From NCBI GenBank assembly GCA_964016885.1, contig OZ024745.1, forward strand, positions 89,156,001 through 89,220,000: a DNA stretch of 64,000 nt, read 5' to 3'. Below, one piece after another: positions 31,221-46,530 of the stretch. The notes beneath the pieces are model-generated. The model had not been told where the DNA came from. It ran no database searches and worked only from the letters and a program-made list of their open reading frames with translations. This DNA comes from Eledone cirrhosa. Lineage: Eukaryota. The position numbers and the translations under genes are program-made. Position 1 is the first letter of the stretch. Every line of letters begins with the position of its first letter.

Positions 31221-34200
31221 ATAGATTGTTATAGATGTAGTTGCTACATAGATTGCTATAGATGTAGTTGCTGCATAGATTGCTATAGATGTAGTTGCTA
31301 CATAGATCGCTATAATGTAGTTGCTACATAGATTGCATAGTAAGTAGTTGCTACATAGATTGCTATAGATGTAGTTGCTACATAGATTGTTATAGATGTA
31401 GTTGCTACATATATTGCTATAGATGTATTTGCTACATAGATTGTTATAGATGTAGTTGCTACATATATTGAAATGGACGTAGTTGCTACATAGATTGTTA
31501 TAGATGTAGTTGCTACATATATTGCCATAGATGTAGTTGCTACATAGATTGCCATGGATGTAGTTGCTACATAGATTGTTATATATGTAGTTGCTACATA
31601 GATCGTCATAGACGTAGTTGCTACATAGATTGTTATAGATGTAGTTGCTACATAGATTGCCATAGATGTAGTTGCTACATAGATTGTTATAGATGTAGTT
31701 GCTACATTGATTGTTATAGATGTAGTTGCTACATAGATTGTTATAGATGTAGTTGCTACATAGATTGTTATAGATGTAGTTGCTACATAGATTGCCATAG
31801 ATGTAGTTGCTACATAGATTGTTATATATGTAATTGCTACATATATTGAAATGGACGTAGTTGCTACATAGATTGTTATAGATGTAGTTGCTACATAGAT
31901 TGCCATAGATGTAGTTGCTACATAGATTGTTATATATGTAGTTGCTACATAGATTGCTATAGATGTAGTTGCTACATAGATTGTTATAGATGTAGTTGCT
32001 ACATAGATTGCTATAGATGTAGTTGCTACATAGATTGCCATAGATGTAGTTGCTACATAGATCGTCATAGACGTAGTTGCTACATAGATTGTTATAGATG
32101 TAGTTGCTACATAGATTGCTATTTATGTAGTTGCTAGAGAGATCGCCATAGATGTAGTTGCTACATAGATTGTTATAGATGTAGTTGCTACGTAGATTGA
32201 CATAGCTGGAGTTGCTACATAGATTAACATAGATGTAGTTGCTACATAGATTGTTATAGATGTAGTTGCTACATAGATTGCTATAGATGTATTTGCTACA
32301 TAGATTGCCATAGATGGAGTTGCTACATAGATTGCTATAGATGTATTTGCTACATAGATTGCCATAGATGGAGTTGCTACATAGATTACCATAGATGTAG
32401 TTGCTACATAGATTGCCATAGATATAGTTGCTACATAGATTGCCATAGATGTAGTTGATACATAGATTGTTATAGATGTAGTTGCTACATAGATTGACAT
32501 AGATGGAGTTGCTACGTAGATTACCATAGATGTAGTTGCTACATAGATTGCCATAGATGTAGTTGCTACATAGATTGCCATAGATGTAGTTGCTACATAG
32601 ATTGTTATAGATGTAGTTGCTAAATAGATTGCTATAGATGTAGTTGCTACATATATTGTTATAGATGTAGTTGCTACATAGATTGCTATATAAGTAGTTG
32701 CTACATAGATTGCTATATATGTAGTTGCTACATAGATTGTTATAGATGTAGTTGCTACATAGATTGCTATGGATGTAGTTGCTACATGGATTGTGATAGA
32801 TGTATTTGCTACATAGATTGCCATAGATGGAATTGCTACATATATTGCTATAGATGTAGTTGCTACATAGATTGTTATAGATGTAGTTGCTACATAGATT
32901 GTTATAGATGTAGTTGCTACATAGATTGTTATAGACGTAGTTGCTACATAGATTGCCATAGATGTAGTTGCTACATAGATTGCCATAGATGTAATTGCTA
33001 CATAGATTGCCATAGATGTAGTTGATACATAGATTGTTATAGATGTAGTTGCTACATAGATTGACATAGATGGAGTTGCTACGTAGATTACCATAGATGT
33101 AGTTGCTACATAGATTGCCATAGATGTAGTTGCTACATAGATTGCCATAGATGTAGTTGCTACATAGATTGTTATAGATGTAGTTGCTAAATAGATTGCT
33201 ATAGATGTAGTTGCTACATATATTGTTATAGATGTAGTTGCTACATAGATTGCCATAGATATAGTTGCTACATTGATTGTTATAGATGTAGTTGCTACAT
33301 TGATTGTTATAGATGTAGTTGCTACATAGATTGTTATAGATGTAGTTGCTACATAGATTGTTATAGATGTAGTTGCTACATAGATTGAAATAGATGTAGT
33401 TGCTACATAGATTGTTATATATGTAGTTGCTACATAGATTGCTATATATGTAGTTGCTACATAGATTGTTATAGATGTAGTTGCTACATAGATTGCTATA
33501 GATGTAGTTGCTACATAGATTGCCATAGAAGTAGTTGCTACAAAGATCGTCATAGACGTAGTTGCTACATAGATTGTTATAGATGTAGTTGCTACATAGA
33601 TTGCAATTTATGTAGTTGCTACATAGATTGTTATAAATGTAGTTACTACATAGATTGCCATAGATGTATTTGCTATATAGATTGCCATAGATGTAGTTGC
33701 TACATTGATTGTTTTAGATGTAGTTGCTACATATATTGTTATAGATGTATTTGCTACATAGATTGTTATAGATGTAGTTGCTACACAGATTACCATAGAT
33801 GTAGTTGCTACATAGATTGCCATAGATATAGTTGCTACATAGATTGCCATAGATGTAGTTGCTACATAGATTGTTATAGATGTAGTTGCTACATAGCTTG
33901 CTATATAAGTAGTTGGTACATAGATTGCTATAGATGTAGTTGCTTCATAGATTGTTATAGATGTAGTTGCTACATAGATTGCTATATAAGTAGTTGCTAC
34001 ATAGATTGCTATATATGTAGTTGCTACATAGATTGTTATAGATGTAGTTGCTACATAGATTGCTATAGATGTAGTTGCTACATGGATTGTGATAGATGTA
34101 TTTGCTACATAGATTGCCATAGATGGAATTGCTACATATATTGCTATAGATATAGTTGCTACATAGATTGTTATAGATGTAGTTGCTACATAGATTGTTA

Positions 34201-37200
34201 TAGATGTAGTTGCTACATAGATTGTTATAGACGTAGTTGCTACATAGATTGCCATAGATGTAGTTGCTACATAGATTGCCATAGATGTAATTGCTACATA
34301 GATTGCCATAGATGTAGTTGATACATAGATAGTTATAGATGTAGTTGCTACATAGATTGCCATAGATGGAGTTGCTACATAGATTGCCATAGATGTAGTT
34401 GCTACATATATTGCCATAGATGTAGTTGCTACATATATTGCCATAGATGTAGTTGCTACATAGATTGTTATAGATGTAGTTGCTACATAGATTGACATAG
34501 ATGGAGTTGCTACGTAGATTACCATAGATGTAGTCGCTACATAGATAGCCATATATGTAGTTGCTACATAGATTGCCATAGATGTAGTTGCTACATAGAT
34601 TGTTATAGATGTAGTTGCTAAATAGATTGCTATAGATGTAGTTGCTACATATATTGTTATAGATGTAGTTGCTACATAGATTGCCATAGATGTAGTTGCT
34701 ACATTGATTGTTATAGATGTAGTTGCTACATTGATTGTTATAGATGTAGTTGCTACATAGATTGTTATAGATGTAGTTGCTACATAGATTGTTATAGATG
34801 TAGTTGCTACATAGATTGAAATAGATGTAGTTGCTACATAGATTGTTATATATGTAGTTGCTACATAGATTGCTATATATGTAGTTGCTACATAGATTGT
34901 TATAGATGTAGTTGCTACATAGATTGCCATTTATGTAGTTGCTACATAGGTTGTTATAAATGTAGTTGCTACATAGATTGTTATAGATGTAGTTGCTAAA
35001 TAGATTGCTATAGATGTAGTTGCTACATATATTGTTATAGATGTAGTTGCTACATAGATTGCCATAGATGTAGTTGCTACATAGATTGTTATAGATGTAG
35101 TTGCTACATTGATTGTTATAGATGTAGTTGCTACATAGATTGTTATAGATGTAGTTGCTACATAGATTGTTATAGATGTAGTTGCTACATAGATTGCCAT
35201 GGATGTAGTTGCTACATAGTTGTTATAGATGTAGTTGCTACATAGATTTTTATAGATGTAGTTGCTACATAGATTGTTATAGATGTAGTTGCCACATAGA
35301 TTATTATAGACGTAGTTGCTACATAGATTGCCATAGATGGAGTTGGTACATAGATTGCCATAGATGTAGTTGCTACATAGATTGCCATAGATGTAGTTGC
35401 TACATATATTGCCATAGATGTAGTTGCTACATAGATTGTTATAGATGTAGTTGCTACATAGATTGCCATAGATGGAGCTACTACATAGATTGCCATAGAT
35501 GTAGTTACTACATAGATTGCCATAGATGTAGATGCTACATAGATTGTTATAGATGTAGTTGCTAAATAGATTGCTATAGATGTAGTTGCTACATATATTG
35601 TTATAGATGTAGTTGCTACATAGATTGCCATAGATGTAGTTGCTACATAGATTGTTATAGATGTAGTTGCTACATTGATTGTTATAGATGTAGTTGCTAC
35701 ATAGATTGTTATAGATGTAGTTGCTACATAGATTGTTATAGATGTAGTTGCTACATAGATTGCCATGGATGTAGTTGCTACATAGATTGTTATATATGTA
35801 GTTGCTACATATATTGAAATGGACGTAGTTGCTACATAGATTGTTATAGATGTAGTTGCTACATAGATTGCCATAGATGTAGTTGCTACATAGATTGTTA
35901 TATATGTAGTTGCTACATAGATTGCTATAGATGTAGTTGCTACATAGATTGTTATAGATGTAGTTGCTACATAGATTGCTATAGATGTAGTTGCTACATA
36001 GATTGCCATAGAAGTAGTTGCTACATAGATCGTCATAGACGTAGTTGCTACATAGATTGTTATAGATGTAGTTGCTACATAGATTGCCATTTATGTAGTT
36101 GCTACATAAATTGTTATAAATGTAGTTGCTACATAGATTGCCATAGATGTATTTGCTATATAGATTGCCATAGATGTAGTTGCTACATTGATTGTTATAG
36201 ATGTAGTTGCTACATAAATTGTTATAGATGTAGTTGCTACATAGATAGTTATAGATGTAGTTGCTACACAGATCGACATAGATGTAGTTGCTACATAGAT
36301 TGCTATAGATGTAGTAGCTACATAGATTGCTATAGATGTAGTTGCTACATATATTGCTATAGATGTAGTTGCTACATAGATTGTTATAGATGTAGTTGCT
36401 GCATAGATTGCTATAGATGTAGTTGCTACATAGATTGCTATAATGTAGTTGCTACATAGATTGCTATATAAGTAGTTGCTACATAGATTGCTATAGATGT
36501 AGTTGCTACATAGATTGTTATAGATGTAGTTGCTACATAGATTGCTATAGATGTATTTGCTACATAGATTGTTATAGATGTAGTTGCTACATAGATTGTT
36601 ATAGGTGTAGTTGCTACACAGATCGACATAGATGTAGTTGCTACGTAGATTGCTATAGATGTAGTAGCTACATAGATTGCTATAGATGTAGTTGCTACAT
36701 ATATTGCTATAGATGTAGTTGCTACATAGATTGTTATAGATGTAGTTGCTACATAGAATGCTATAGATGTATTTGCTACATAGATTATTAGAGATGTAGT
36801 TGCTACATAGATTGTTATAGACGTAGTTGCTACATAGATTGCCATAGATGTAGTTGCTACATAGATTGCCATAGATGTAATTGCTACATAGATTGCCATA
36901 GATGTAGTTGATACATAGATTGTTATAGATGTAGTTGCTACATAGATTGTTATAGATGTAGTTGCTACATAGATTGCCATAGATGGAGTTGCTACATAGA
37001 TTGCCATAGATGTAGTTGCTACATAGATTGCCATAGATGTAGTTGCTACATATATTGCCATAGATGTAGTTGCTACATAGAATGCCATAGATGTAGTTGC
37101 TACATAGATTGTTATATATGTAGTTGCTACATAGATTGCTATAGATGTAGTTGCTACATAGATTGTTATAGATGTAGTTGCTACATAGATTGCTATAGAT

Positions 37201-38994
37201 GTAGTTGCTACATAGATTGCCATAGAAGTAGTTGCTACATAGATCGTCATAGACGTAGTTGCTACATAGATTGTTATAGATGTAGTTGCTACATAGATTG
37301 CCATTTATGTAGTTGCTACATAGATTGTTATAAATGTAGTTGCTACATAGATTGCCATAGATGTATTTGCTATATAGATTGCCATAGATGTAGTTGCTAC
37401 ATTGATTGTTATAGATGTAGTTGCTACATATATTGTTATAGATGTAGTTGCTACATAGATTGTTATAGATGTAGTTGCTACATAGAATGCTATAGATGTA
37501 TTTGCTACATAGATTATTAGAGATGTAGTTGCTACATAGATTGTTATAGACGTAGTTGCTACATAGATTGCCATAGATGTAGTTGCTACATAGATTGCCA
37601 TAGATGTAATTGCTACATAGATTGCCATAGATGTAGTTGATACATAGATTGTTATAGATGTAGTTGCTACATAGATTTTTATAGATGTAGTTGCTACATA
37701 GATTGCCATAGATGGAGTTGCTACATAGATTGCCATAGATGTAGTTGCTACATAGATTGCCATAGATGTAGTTGCTACATATATTGCCATAGATGTAGTT
37801 GCTACATAGATTGTTATAGATGTAGTTGCTACATAGATTGCCATAGATGGAGTTGCTACGTAGATTACCATAGATGGAGTTGCTACATTGATTTCCATAG
37901 ATGTAGTTGCTACATAGATTGCCATAGATGTAGATGCTACATAGATTGTTATAGATGTAGTTGCTAAATAGATTGCTATAGATGTAGTTGCTACATATAT
38001 TGTTATAGATGTAGTCGCTACAAAGATTGCCATAGATGTAGTTGCTACATAGATTGTTATAGATGTAGTTGCTACATTGATTGTTATAGATGTAGTTGCT
38101 ACATAGATTGTTATAGATGTAGTTGCTACATAGATTGTTATAGATGTAGTTGCTACATAGATTGCCATGGATGTAGTTGCTACATAGATTGTTATATATG
38201 TAGTTGCTACATAGATTGTCATAGACGTAGTTGCTACATAGATTGTTATAGATGTAGTTGCTACATAGATTGCCATAGATGTAGTTGCTACATAGATTGT
38301 TATATATGTAGTTGCTACATAGATTGCTATAGATGTAGTTGCTACATAGATTGTTATAGATGTAGTTGCTACATAGATTGCTATAGATGTAGTTGCTACA
38401 TAGATTGCCATAGAAGTAGTTGCTACATAGATCGTCATAGTCGTAGTTGCTACATAGATTGTTATAGATGTAGTTGCTACATAGATTGCCATTTATGTAG
38501 TTGCTACATAGATTGTTATAAATGTAGTTGCTACATAGATTGCCATAGATGTATTTGCTATATAGATTGCCATAGATGTAGTTGCTACATTGATTGTTTT
38601 AGATGTAGTTGCTACATATATTGTTATAGATGTAGTTGCTACATAGATTGTTATAGATGTAGTTGCTACACAGATCGACATAGATGTAGTTGCTACATAG
38701 ATTGCTATAGATGTAGTAGCTACATAGATTGCTATAGATGTAGTTGCTACATATATTGCTATAGATGTAGTTGCTACATAGATTGTTATAGATGTAGTTG
38801 CTACATAGAATGCTATAGATGTATTTGCTACATAGATTATTAGAGATGTAGTTGCTACATAGATTGTTATATATGTAGTTGCTACATAGATTGCCATAGA
38901 TGTAGTTGCTACATTGATTGTTATAGATGTAGTTGCTACATATATTGTTATAGATGTAGTTGCTACATAGATTGTTATAGATGTAGTTGCTACA

Positions 38995-41900
38995 TAGATT
39001 GCTATAGATGTAGTTGCTGCATAGATTGCTATAGATGTAGTTGCTACATAGATTGCTATAATGTAGTTGCTACATAGATTGCTATATAAGTAGTTGCTAC
39101 ATAGATTGCTATAGATTTAGTTGCTACATAGATTGTTTTAGATGTAGTTGCTACATAGATTGCTATAGATGTATTTGCTACATAGATTGTTATAGATGTA
39201 GTTGCTACATAGATTGTTATAGATGTAGTTGCTACATAGATTGTGATCGATGTAGTTGCTAGATAGATTGCTATATAAGTAGTTGCTACATATATTGTTA
39301 TAGATGTAGTTGCTACATAGATTGCCATAGATGGAGTTGCTACATAGATTGCCATAGATGTAGTTGCTACATAGATTGCCATAGATGTAGTTGCTATATA
39401 GATTGCCATAGATGTAGTTGCTACATAGATTGCTATATATGTAGTTGCTACATAGATTGCCATAGATGTAGTTGCTACATAGATTGTTATAGATGTAGTT
39501 GCTACATAGATTGCCATAGATGTAGTTGCTACATAGATTGTTATATATGTAGTTGCTACATAGATTGCTATAGATGTAGTTGCTACATAGATTGTTATAG
39601 ATGTAGTTGCTACATAGATTGCTATAGATATAGTTGCTACATAGATTGCTATAGATGTAGTTGCTACATAGATCGTCATAGACGTAGTTGCTACATTGAT
39701 TTTTATAGATGTAGTTGCTACATAGATTTTTATAGATGTAGTTTTTACATAGATTGCCATAGATGGAGTTGCTACATAGATTGCCATAGATGTAGTTGCT
39801 ACATAGATTGCCATAGATGTAGTTGCTACATAGATTGCCATTTATGTAGTTGCTACATAGATTGTTATAAATGTAGTTGCTACATAGATTGCCATAGATG
39901 TATTTGCTACATAGATTGCCATATATATAGTTGCTACATTTATTGTTATAGATGTAGTTGCTACATATATTGTTATAGATGTTGTTGCTACATAGATTGT
40001 TATAGATGTAGTTGCTACACAGATCGCCATAGATGTAGTTGCTACATAGATTGCTATAGATGTAGTAGCTACATAGATTGCTATACATGTAGTTGCTACA
40101 TATATTGCTATGGATGTAGTTGCTACATAGATTGTCATAGACGTAGTTGCTACATAGATTGTTATAGATGTAGTTGCTACATAGATTGTTATAGATGTAG
40201 TTGCTACATAGATTGCCATAGATGTAGTTGCTACATAGATTGCCATAGATGTAGTTGCTAAAGAGATTGCCATAGATGTAGTTGCTACATAGATTGTTAT
40301 ATATGTATTTGCTACATAGATTGCTATAGATGTATTTGCTACATAGATTGTTAGAGATGTAGTTGCTACATAGATTGTTATAGATGTAGTTGCTACATAG
40401 ATTATTATAGATGTATTTGCTACATAGATTGTTATAGATGTAGTTTCTACATAGATTGTTATAGATGTAGTTGCTACATAGATTGCTATAGATGTATTTG
40501 CTACATATATTGCTATAGATATAGTTGCTACATAGATTGTTATAGATGTAGTTGGTACATAGATTGTTATATATGTAGTTGCTACATAGAATGCTATATA
40601 AGTAGTTGCTACATATATTGCCATAGATGTAGTTGCTACATAGATTGCTATAGATGTAGTTGCTGCATAGATTGCTATAGATGTAGTTGCTACATAGATT
40701 GCTATAATGTAGTTGCTACATAGATTGCTATATAAGTAGTTGCTACATAGATTGCTATAGATGTAGTTGCTACATAGATTGTTATAGATGTAGTTGGTAC
40801 ATAGATTGCTATAGATGTATTTGCTACATAGATTGTTATAAAATGTAGTTGCGACATAGATTGTTATAGATGTAGTTGCTATTTAGATTGCTATAGATCT
40901 ATTTGCTACATAGATTTTTATAGATGTAGTTGGTACAGAGATTGTTATAGATGTAGTTGCTACATAGATTGTTATAGATGTAGTTGCTATATAGATTGTG
41001 ATAGATGTAGTTGCTAGATAGATTGCTATATAAGTAGTTGCTTCATATATTGTTATAGATGTAGTTGCTACATAGATTGCCATAGATGGAGTTGCTACAT
41101 AGATTGCTATAGATGTATTTGCTACATAGATTGCCATAGATGTAGTTGCTACATAGATTGCCATAAATGTAGTTGCTATATAGATTGCCATAGATGTAGT
41201 TGCTACATAGATTGCTATATATGTAGTTGCTACATAGATTGTCATAGATGTAGTTGCTACATAGATTGTTATAGATATAGTTGCTACATAGATTGCCATA
41301 GATGTAGTTGCTACATAGATTGTTATATATGTAGTTGCTACATAGATTGCTATAGATGTAGTTGCTACATAGATTGTTATAGATGTAGGTGCTACATAGA
41401 TTGCTATAGATGTAGTTGCTACATAGATCGTCATAGACGTAGTTGCTACATAGATTTTTATAGATGTAGTTGCTACATAGATTTTTATAGATGTAGTTTT
41501 TACATAGATTGCCATAGATGGAGTTGCTACATAGATTGCCATAGATGTAGTTGCTACATAGATTGCCATAGATGTAGTTGCTACATAGATTGCTATAGAT
41601 GTAGTTGCTACATAGATTGCCATTTATGTAGTTGCTACATAGATTGTTATAAATGTAGTTGCTACATAGATTGCCATAGATGTATTTGCTACATAGATTG
41701 CCATATATATAGTTGCTACATTTATTGTTATAGATGTAGTTGCTACATATATTGTTATAGATGTAGTTGCTACATAGATTGTTATAGATGTAGTTGCTAC
41801 ACAGATTGCCATAGATGTAGTTGCTACATAGATTGCTATAGATGTAGTAGCTACATAGATTGCTATACATGTAGTTGCTACATATATTGCTATGGATGTA

Positions 41901-44900
41901 GTTGCTACATAGATTGTCATAGACGTAGTTGCTACATAGATTGTTATAGATGTAGTTGCTACATAGATTGTTATAGATGTAGTTGCTACATAGATTGCCA
42001 TAGATGTAGTTGCTACATAGATTGCCATAGATGTAGTTGCTACATAGATTGCCATAGATGTAGTTGCTACATTGATTTGTATAGATGTAGTTGCTACATA
42101 GATTGCTATAGATGTATTTGCTACATAGATTGCCATAGATGGAGTTGCTACATAGATTGCCATAGATGTAGTTGCTACATAGATTGTTATAGATGTAGTT
42201 GAGACATAGATTGTTATAGATGTAGTTGCTACATAGATTGCCATAGATGTAGTTGCTACATAGATTGCCATAGATGTAGTTGCTACATTGATTGTTATAG
42301 ATGTAGTTGCTACATATATTGTTATAGATGTAGTTGCTACATAGATTGTTATAGATGTAGTTGCTACATAGATTGCTATAGATGTAGTTGCTGCATATGT
42401 TGCTATAGATGTAGTTGCTACATAGATTGCTATAATGTAGTTGATACATAGATTGCTATATAAGTAGTTGCTACATAGATTGCTATAGATTTAGTTGCTA
42501 CATAGATTGTTATAGATGTAGTTGCTACATAGATTGCTATAGATGTATTTGCTACATAGATTGTTATAGATGTAGTTGCGACATAGATTGTTATAGATGT
42601 AGTTGCTATATAGATTGCTATAGATATATTTGCTACATAGATTGTTATAGATGTAGTTGGTACAGAGATTGTTATAGATGTAGTTGCTACATAGATTGTT
42701 ATAGATGTAGTTGCTACATAGATTGCTATAGATGTAGTTGCTGCATAGATTGCTATAGATGTAGTTGCTACATAGATTGCTATAATGTAGTTGCTACATA
42801 GATTGCTATAGATGTAGTTGCTGCATAGATTGCTATAGATGTAGTTGCTACATAGATTGCTATAATGTAGTTGCTACATAGATTGCTATATAAGTAGTTG
42901 CTACATAGATTGCTATAGATTTAGTTGCTACATAGATTGTTTTAGATGTAGTTGCTACATAGATTGCTATAGATGTATTTGCTACATAGATTGTTATAGA
43001 TGTAGTTGCTACATAGATTGTTATAGATGTAGTTGCTACATAGATTGTGATCGATGTAGTTGCTAGATAGATTGCTATATAAGTAGTTGCTACATATATT
43101 GTTATAGATGTAGTTGCTACATAGATTGCCATAGATGGAGTTGCTACATAGATTGCCATAGATGTAGTTGCTACATAGATTGCCATAGATGTAGTTGCTA
43201 TATAGATTGCCATAGATGTAGTTGCTACATAGATTGCTATATATGTAGTTGCTACATAGATTGCCATAGATGTAGTTGCTACATAGATTGTTATAGATGT
43301 AGTTGCTACATAGATTGCCATAGATGTAGTTGCTACATAGATTGTTATATATGTAGTTGCTACATAGATTGCTATAGATGTAGTTGCTACATAGATTGTT
43401 ATAGATGTAGTTGCTACATAGATTGCTATAGATATAGTTGCTACATAGATTGCTATAGATGTAGTTGCTACATAGATCGTCATAGACGTAGTTGCTACAT
43501 TGATTTTTATAGATGTAGTTGCTACATAGATTTTTATAGATGTAGTTTTTACATAGATTGCCATAGATGGAGTTGCTACATAGATTGCCATAGATGTAGT
43601 TGCTACATAGATTGCCATAGATGTAGTTGCTACATAGATTGCCATTTATGTAGTTGCTACATAGATTGTTATAAATGTAGTTGCTACATAGATTGCCATA
43701 GATGTATTTGCTACATAGATTGCCATATATATAGTTGCTACATTTATTGTTATAGATGTAGTTGCTACATATATTGTTATAGATGTTGTTGCTACATAGA
43801 TTGTTATAGATGTAGTTGCTACACAGATCGCCATAGATGTAGTTGCTACATAGATTGCTATAGATGTAGTAGCTACATAGATTGCTATACATGTAGTTGC
43901 TACATATATTGCTATGGATGTAGTTGCTACATAGATTGTCATAGACGTAGTTGCTACATAGATTGTTATAGATGTAGTTGCTACATAGATTGTTATAGAT
44001 GTAGTTGCTACATAGATTGCCATAGATGTAGTTGCTACATAGATTGCCATAGATGTAGTTGCTAAAGAGATTGCCATAGATGTAGTTGCTACATAGATTG
44101 TTATATATGTATTTGCTACATAGATTGCTATAGATGTATTTGCTACATAGATTGTTAGAGATGTAGTTGCTACATAGATTGTTATAGATGTAGTTGCTAC
44201 ATAGATTATTATAGATGTATTTGCTACATAGATTGTTATAGATGTAGTTTCTACATAGATTGTTATAGATGTAGTTGCTACATAGATTGCTATAGATGTA
44301 TTTGCTACATATATTGCTATAGATATAGTTGCTACATAGATTGTTATAGATGTAGTTGGTACATAGATTGTTATATATGTAGTTGCTACATAGAATGCTA
44401 TATAAGTAGTTGCTACATATATTGCCATAGATGTAGTTGCTACATAGATTGCTATAGATGTAGTTGCTGCATAGATTGCTATAGATGTAGTTGCTACATA
44501 GATTGCTATAATGTAGTTGCTACATAGATTGCTATATAAGTAGTTGCTACATAGATTGCTATAGATGTAGTTGCTACATAGATTGTTATAGATGTAGTTG
44601 GTACATAGATTGCTATAGATGTATTTGCTACATAGATTGTTATAAAATGTAGTTGCGACATAGATTGTTATAGATGTAGTTGCTATTTAGATTGCTATAG
44701 ATCTATTTGCTACATAGATTTTTATAGATGTAGTTGGTACAGAGATTGTTATAGATGTAGTTGCTACATAGATTGTTATAGATGTAGTTGCTATATAGAT
44801 TGTGATAGATGTAGTTGCTAGATAGATTGCTATATAAGTAGTTGCTTCATATATTGTTATAGATGTAGTTGCTACATAGATTGCCATAGATGGAGTTGCT

Positions 44901-46530
44901 ACATAGATTGCTATAGATGTATTTGCTACATAGATTGCTATAGATGTAGTTGCTACATAGATTGCCATAAATGTAGTTGCTATATAGATTGCCATAGATG
45001 TAGTTGCTACATAGATTGCTATATATGTAGTTGCTACATAGATTGTCATAGATGTAGTTGCTACATAGATTGTTATAGATATAGTTGCTACATAGATTGC
45101 CATAGATGTAGTTGCTACATAGATTGTTATATATGTAGTTGCTACATAGATTGCTATAGATGTAGTTGCTACATAGATTGTTATAGATGTAGGTGCTACA
45201 TAGATTGCTATAGATGTAGTTGCTACATAGATCGTCATAGACGTAGTTGCTACATAGATTTTTATAGATGTAGTTGCTACATAGATTTTTATAGATGTAG
45301 TTTTTACATAGATTGCCATAGATGGAGTTGCTACATAGATTGCCATAGATGTAGTTGCTACATAGATTGCCATAGATGTAGTTGCTACATAGATTGCTAT
45401 AGATGTAGTTGCTACATAGATTGCCATTTATGTAGTTGCTACATAGATTGTTATAAATGTAGTTGCTACATAGATTGCCATAGATGTATTTGCTACATAG
45501 ATTGCCATATATATAGTTGCTACATTTATTGTTATAGATGTAGTTGCTACATATATTGTTATAGATGTAGTTGCTACATAGATTGTTATAGATGTAGTTG
45601 CTACACAGATTGCCATAGATGTAGTTGCTACATAGATTGCTATAGATGTAGTAGCTACATAGATTGCTATACATGTAGTTGCTACATATATTGCTATGGA
45701 TGTAGTTGCTACATAGATTGTCATAGACGTAGTTGCTACATAGATTGTTATAGATGTAGTTGCTACATAGATTGTTATAGATGTAGTTGCTACATAGATT
45801 GCCATAGATGTAGTTGCTACATAGATTGCCATAGATGTAGTTGCTACATAGATTGCCATAGATGTAGTTGCTACATTGATTTGTATAGATGTAGTTGCTA
45901 CATAGATTGCTATAGATGTATTTGCTACATAGATTGCCATAGATGGAGTTGCTACATAGATTGCCATAGATGTAGTTGCTACATAGATTGTTATAGATGT
46001 AGTTGAGACATAGATTGTTATAGATGTAGTTGCTACATAGATTGCCATAGATGTAGTTGCTACATAGATTGCCATAGATGTAGTTGCTACATTGATTGTT
46101 ATAGATGTAGTTGCTACATATATTGTTATAGATGTAGTTGCTACATAGATTGTTATAGATGTAGTTGCTACATAGATTGCTATAGATGTAGTTGCTGCAT
46201 ATGTTGCTATAGATGTAGTTGCTACATAGATTGCTATAATGTAGTTGATACATAGATTGCTATATAAGTAGTTGCTACATAGATTGCTATAGATTTAGTT
46301 GCTACATAGATTGTTATAGATGTAGTTGCTACATAGATTGCTATAGATGTATTTGCTACATAGATTGTTATAGATGTAGTTGCGACATAGATTGTTATAG
46401 ATGTAGTTGCTATATAGATTGCTATAGATATATTTGCTACATAGATTGTTATAGATGTAGTTGGTACAGAGATTGTTATAGATGTAGTTGCTACATAGAT
46501 TGTTATAGATGTAGTTGCTACATAGATTGT
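38995..46530. repeat. Near-identical tandem higher-order duplication, period 3,804 bp (141 monomers minus 3 bp)
   Basis: ORF pairs 39056/42860, 39842/43646, 40883/44687, 41043/44847 and 41624/45428 are all +3804. Their translations match except at one site (gcc at about 41133 vs gct at about 44937). Confidence 0.93.
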
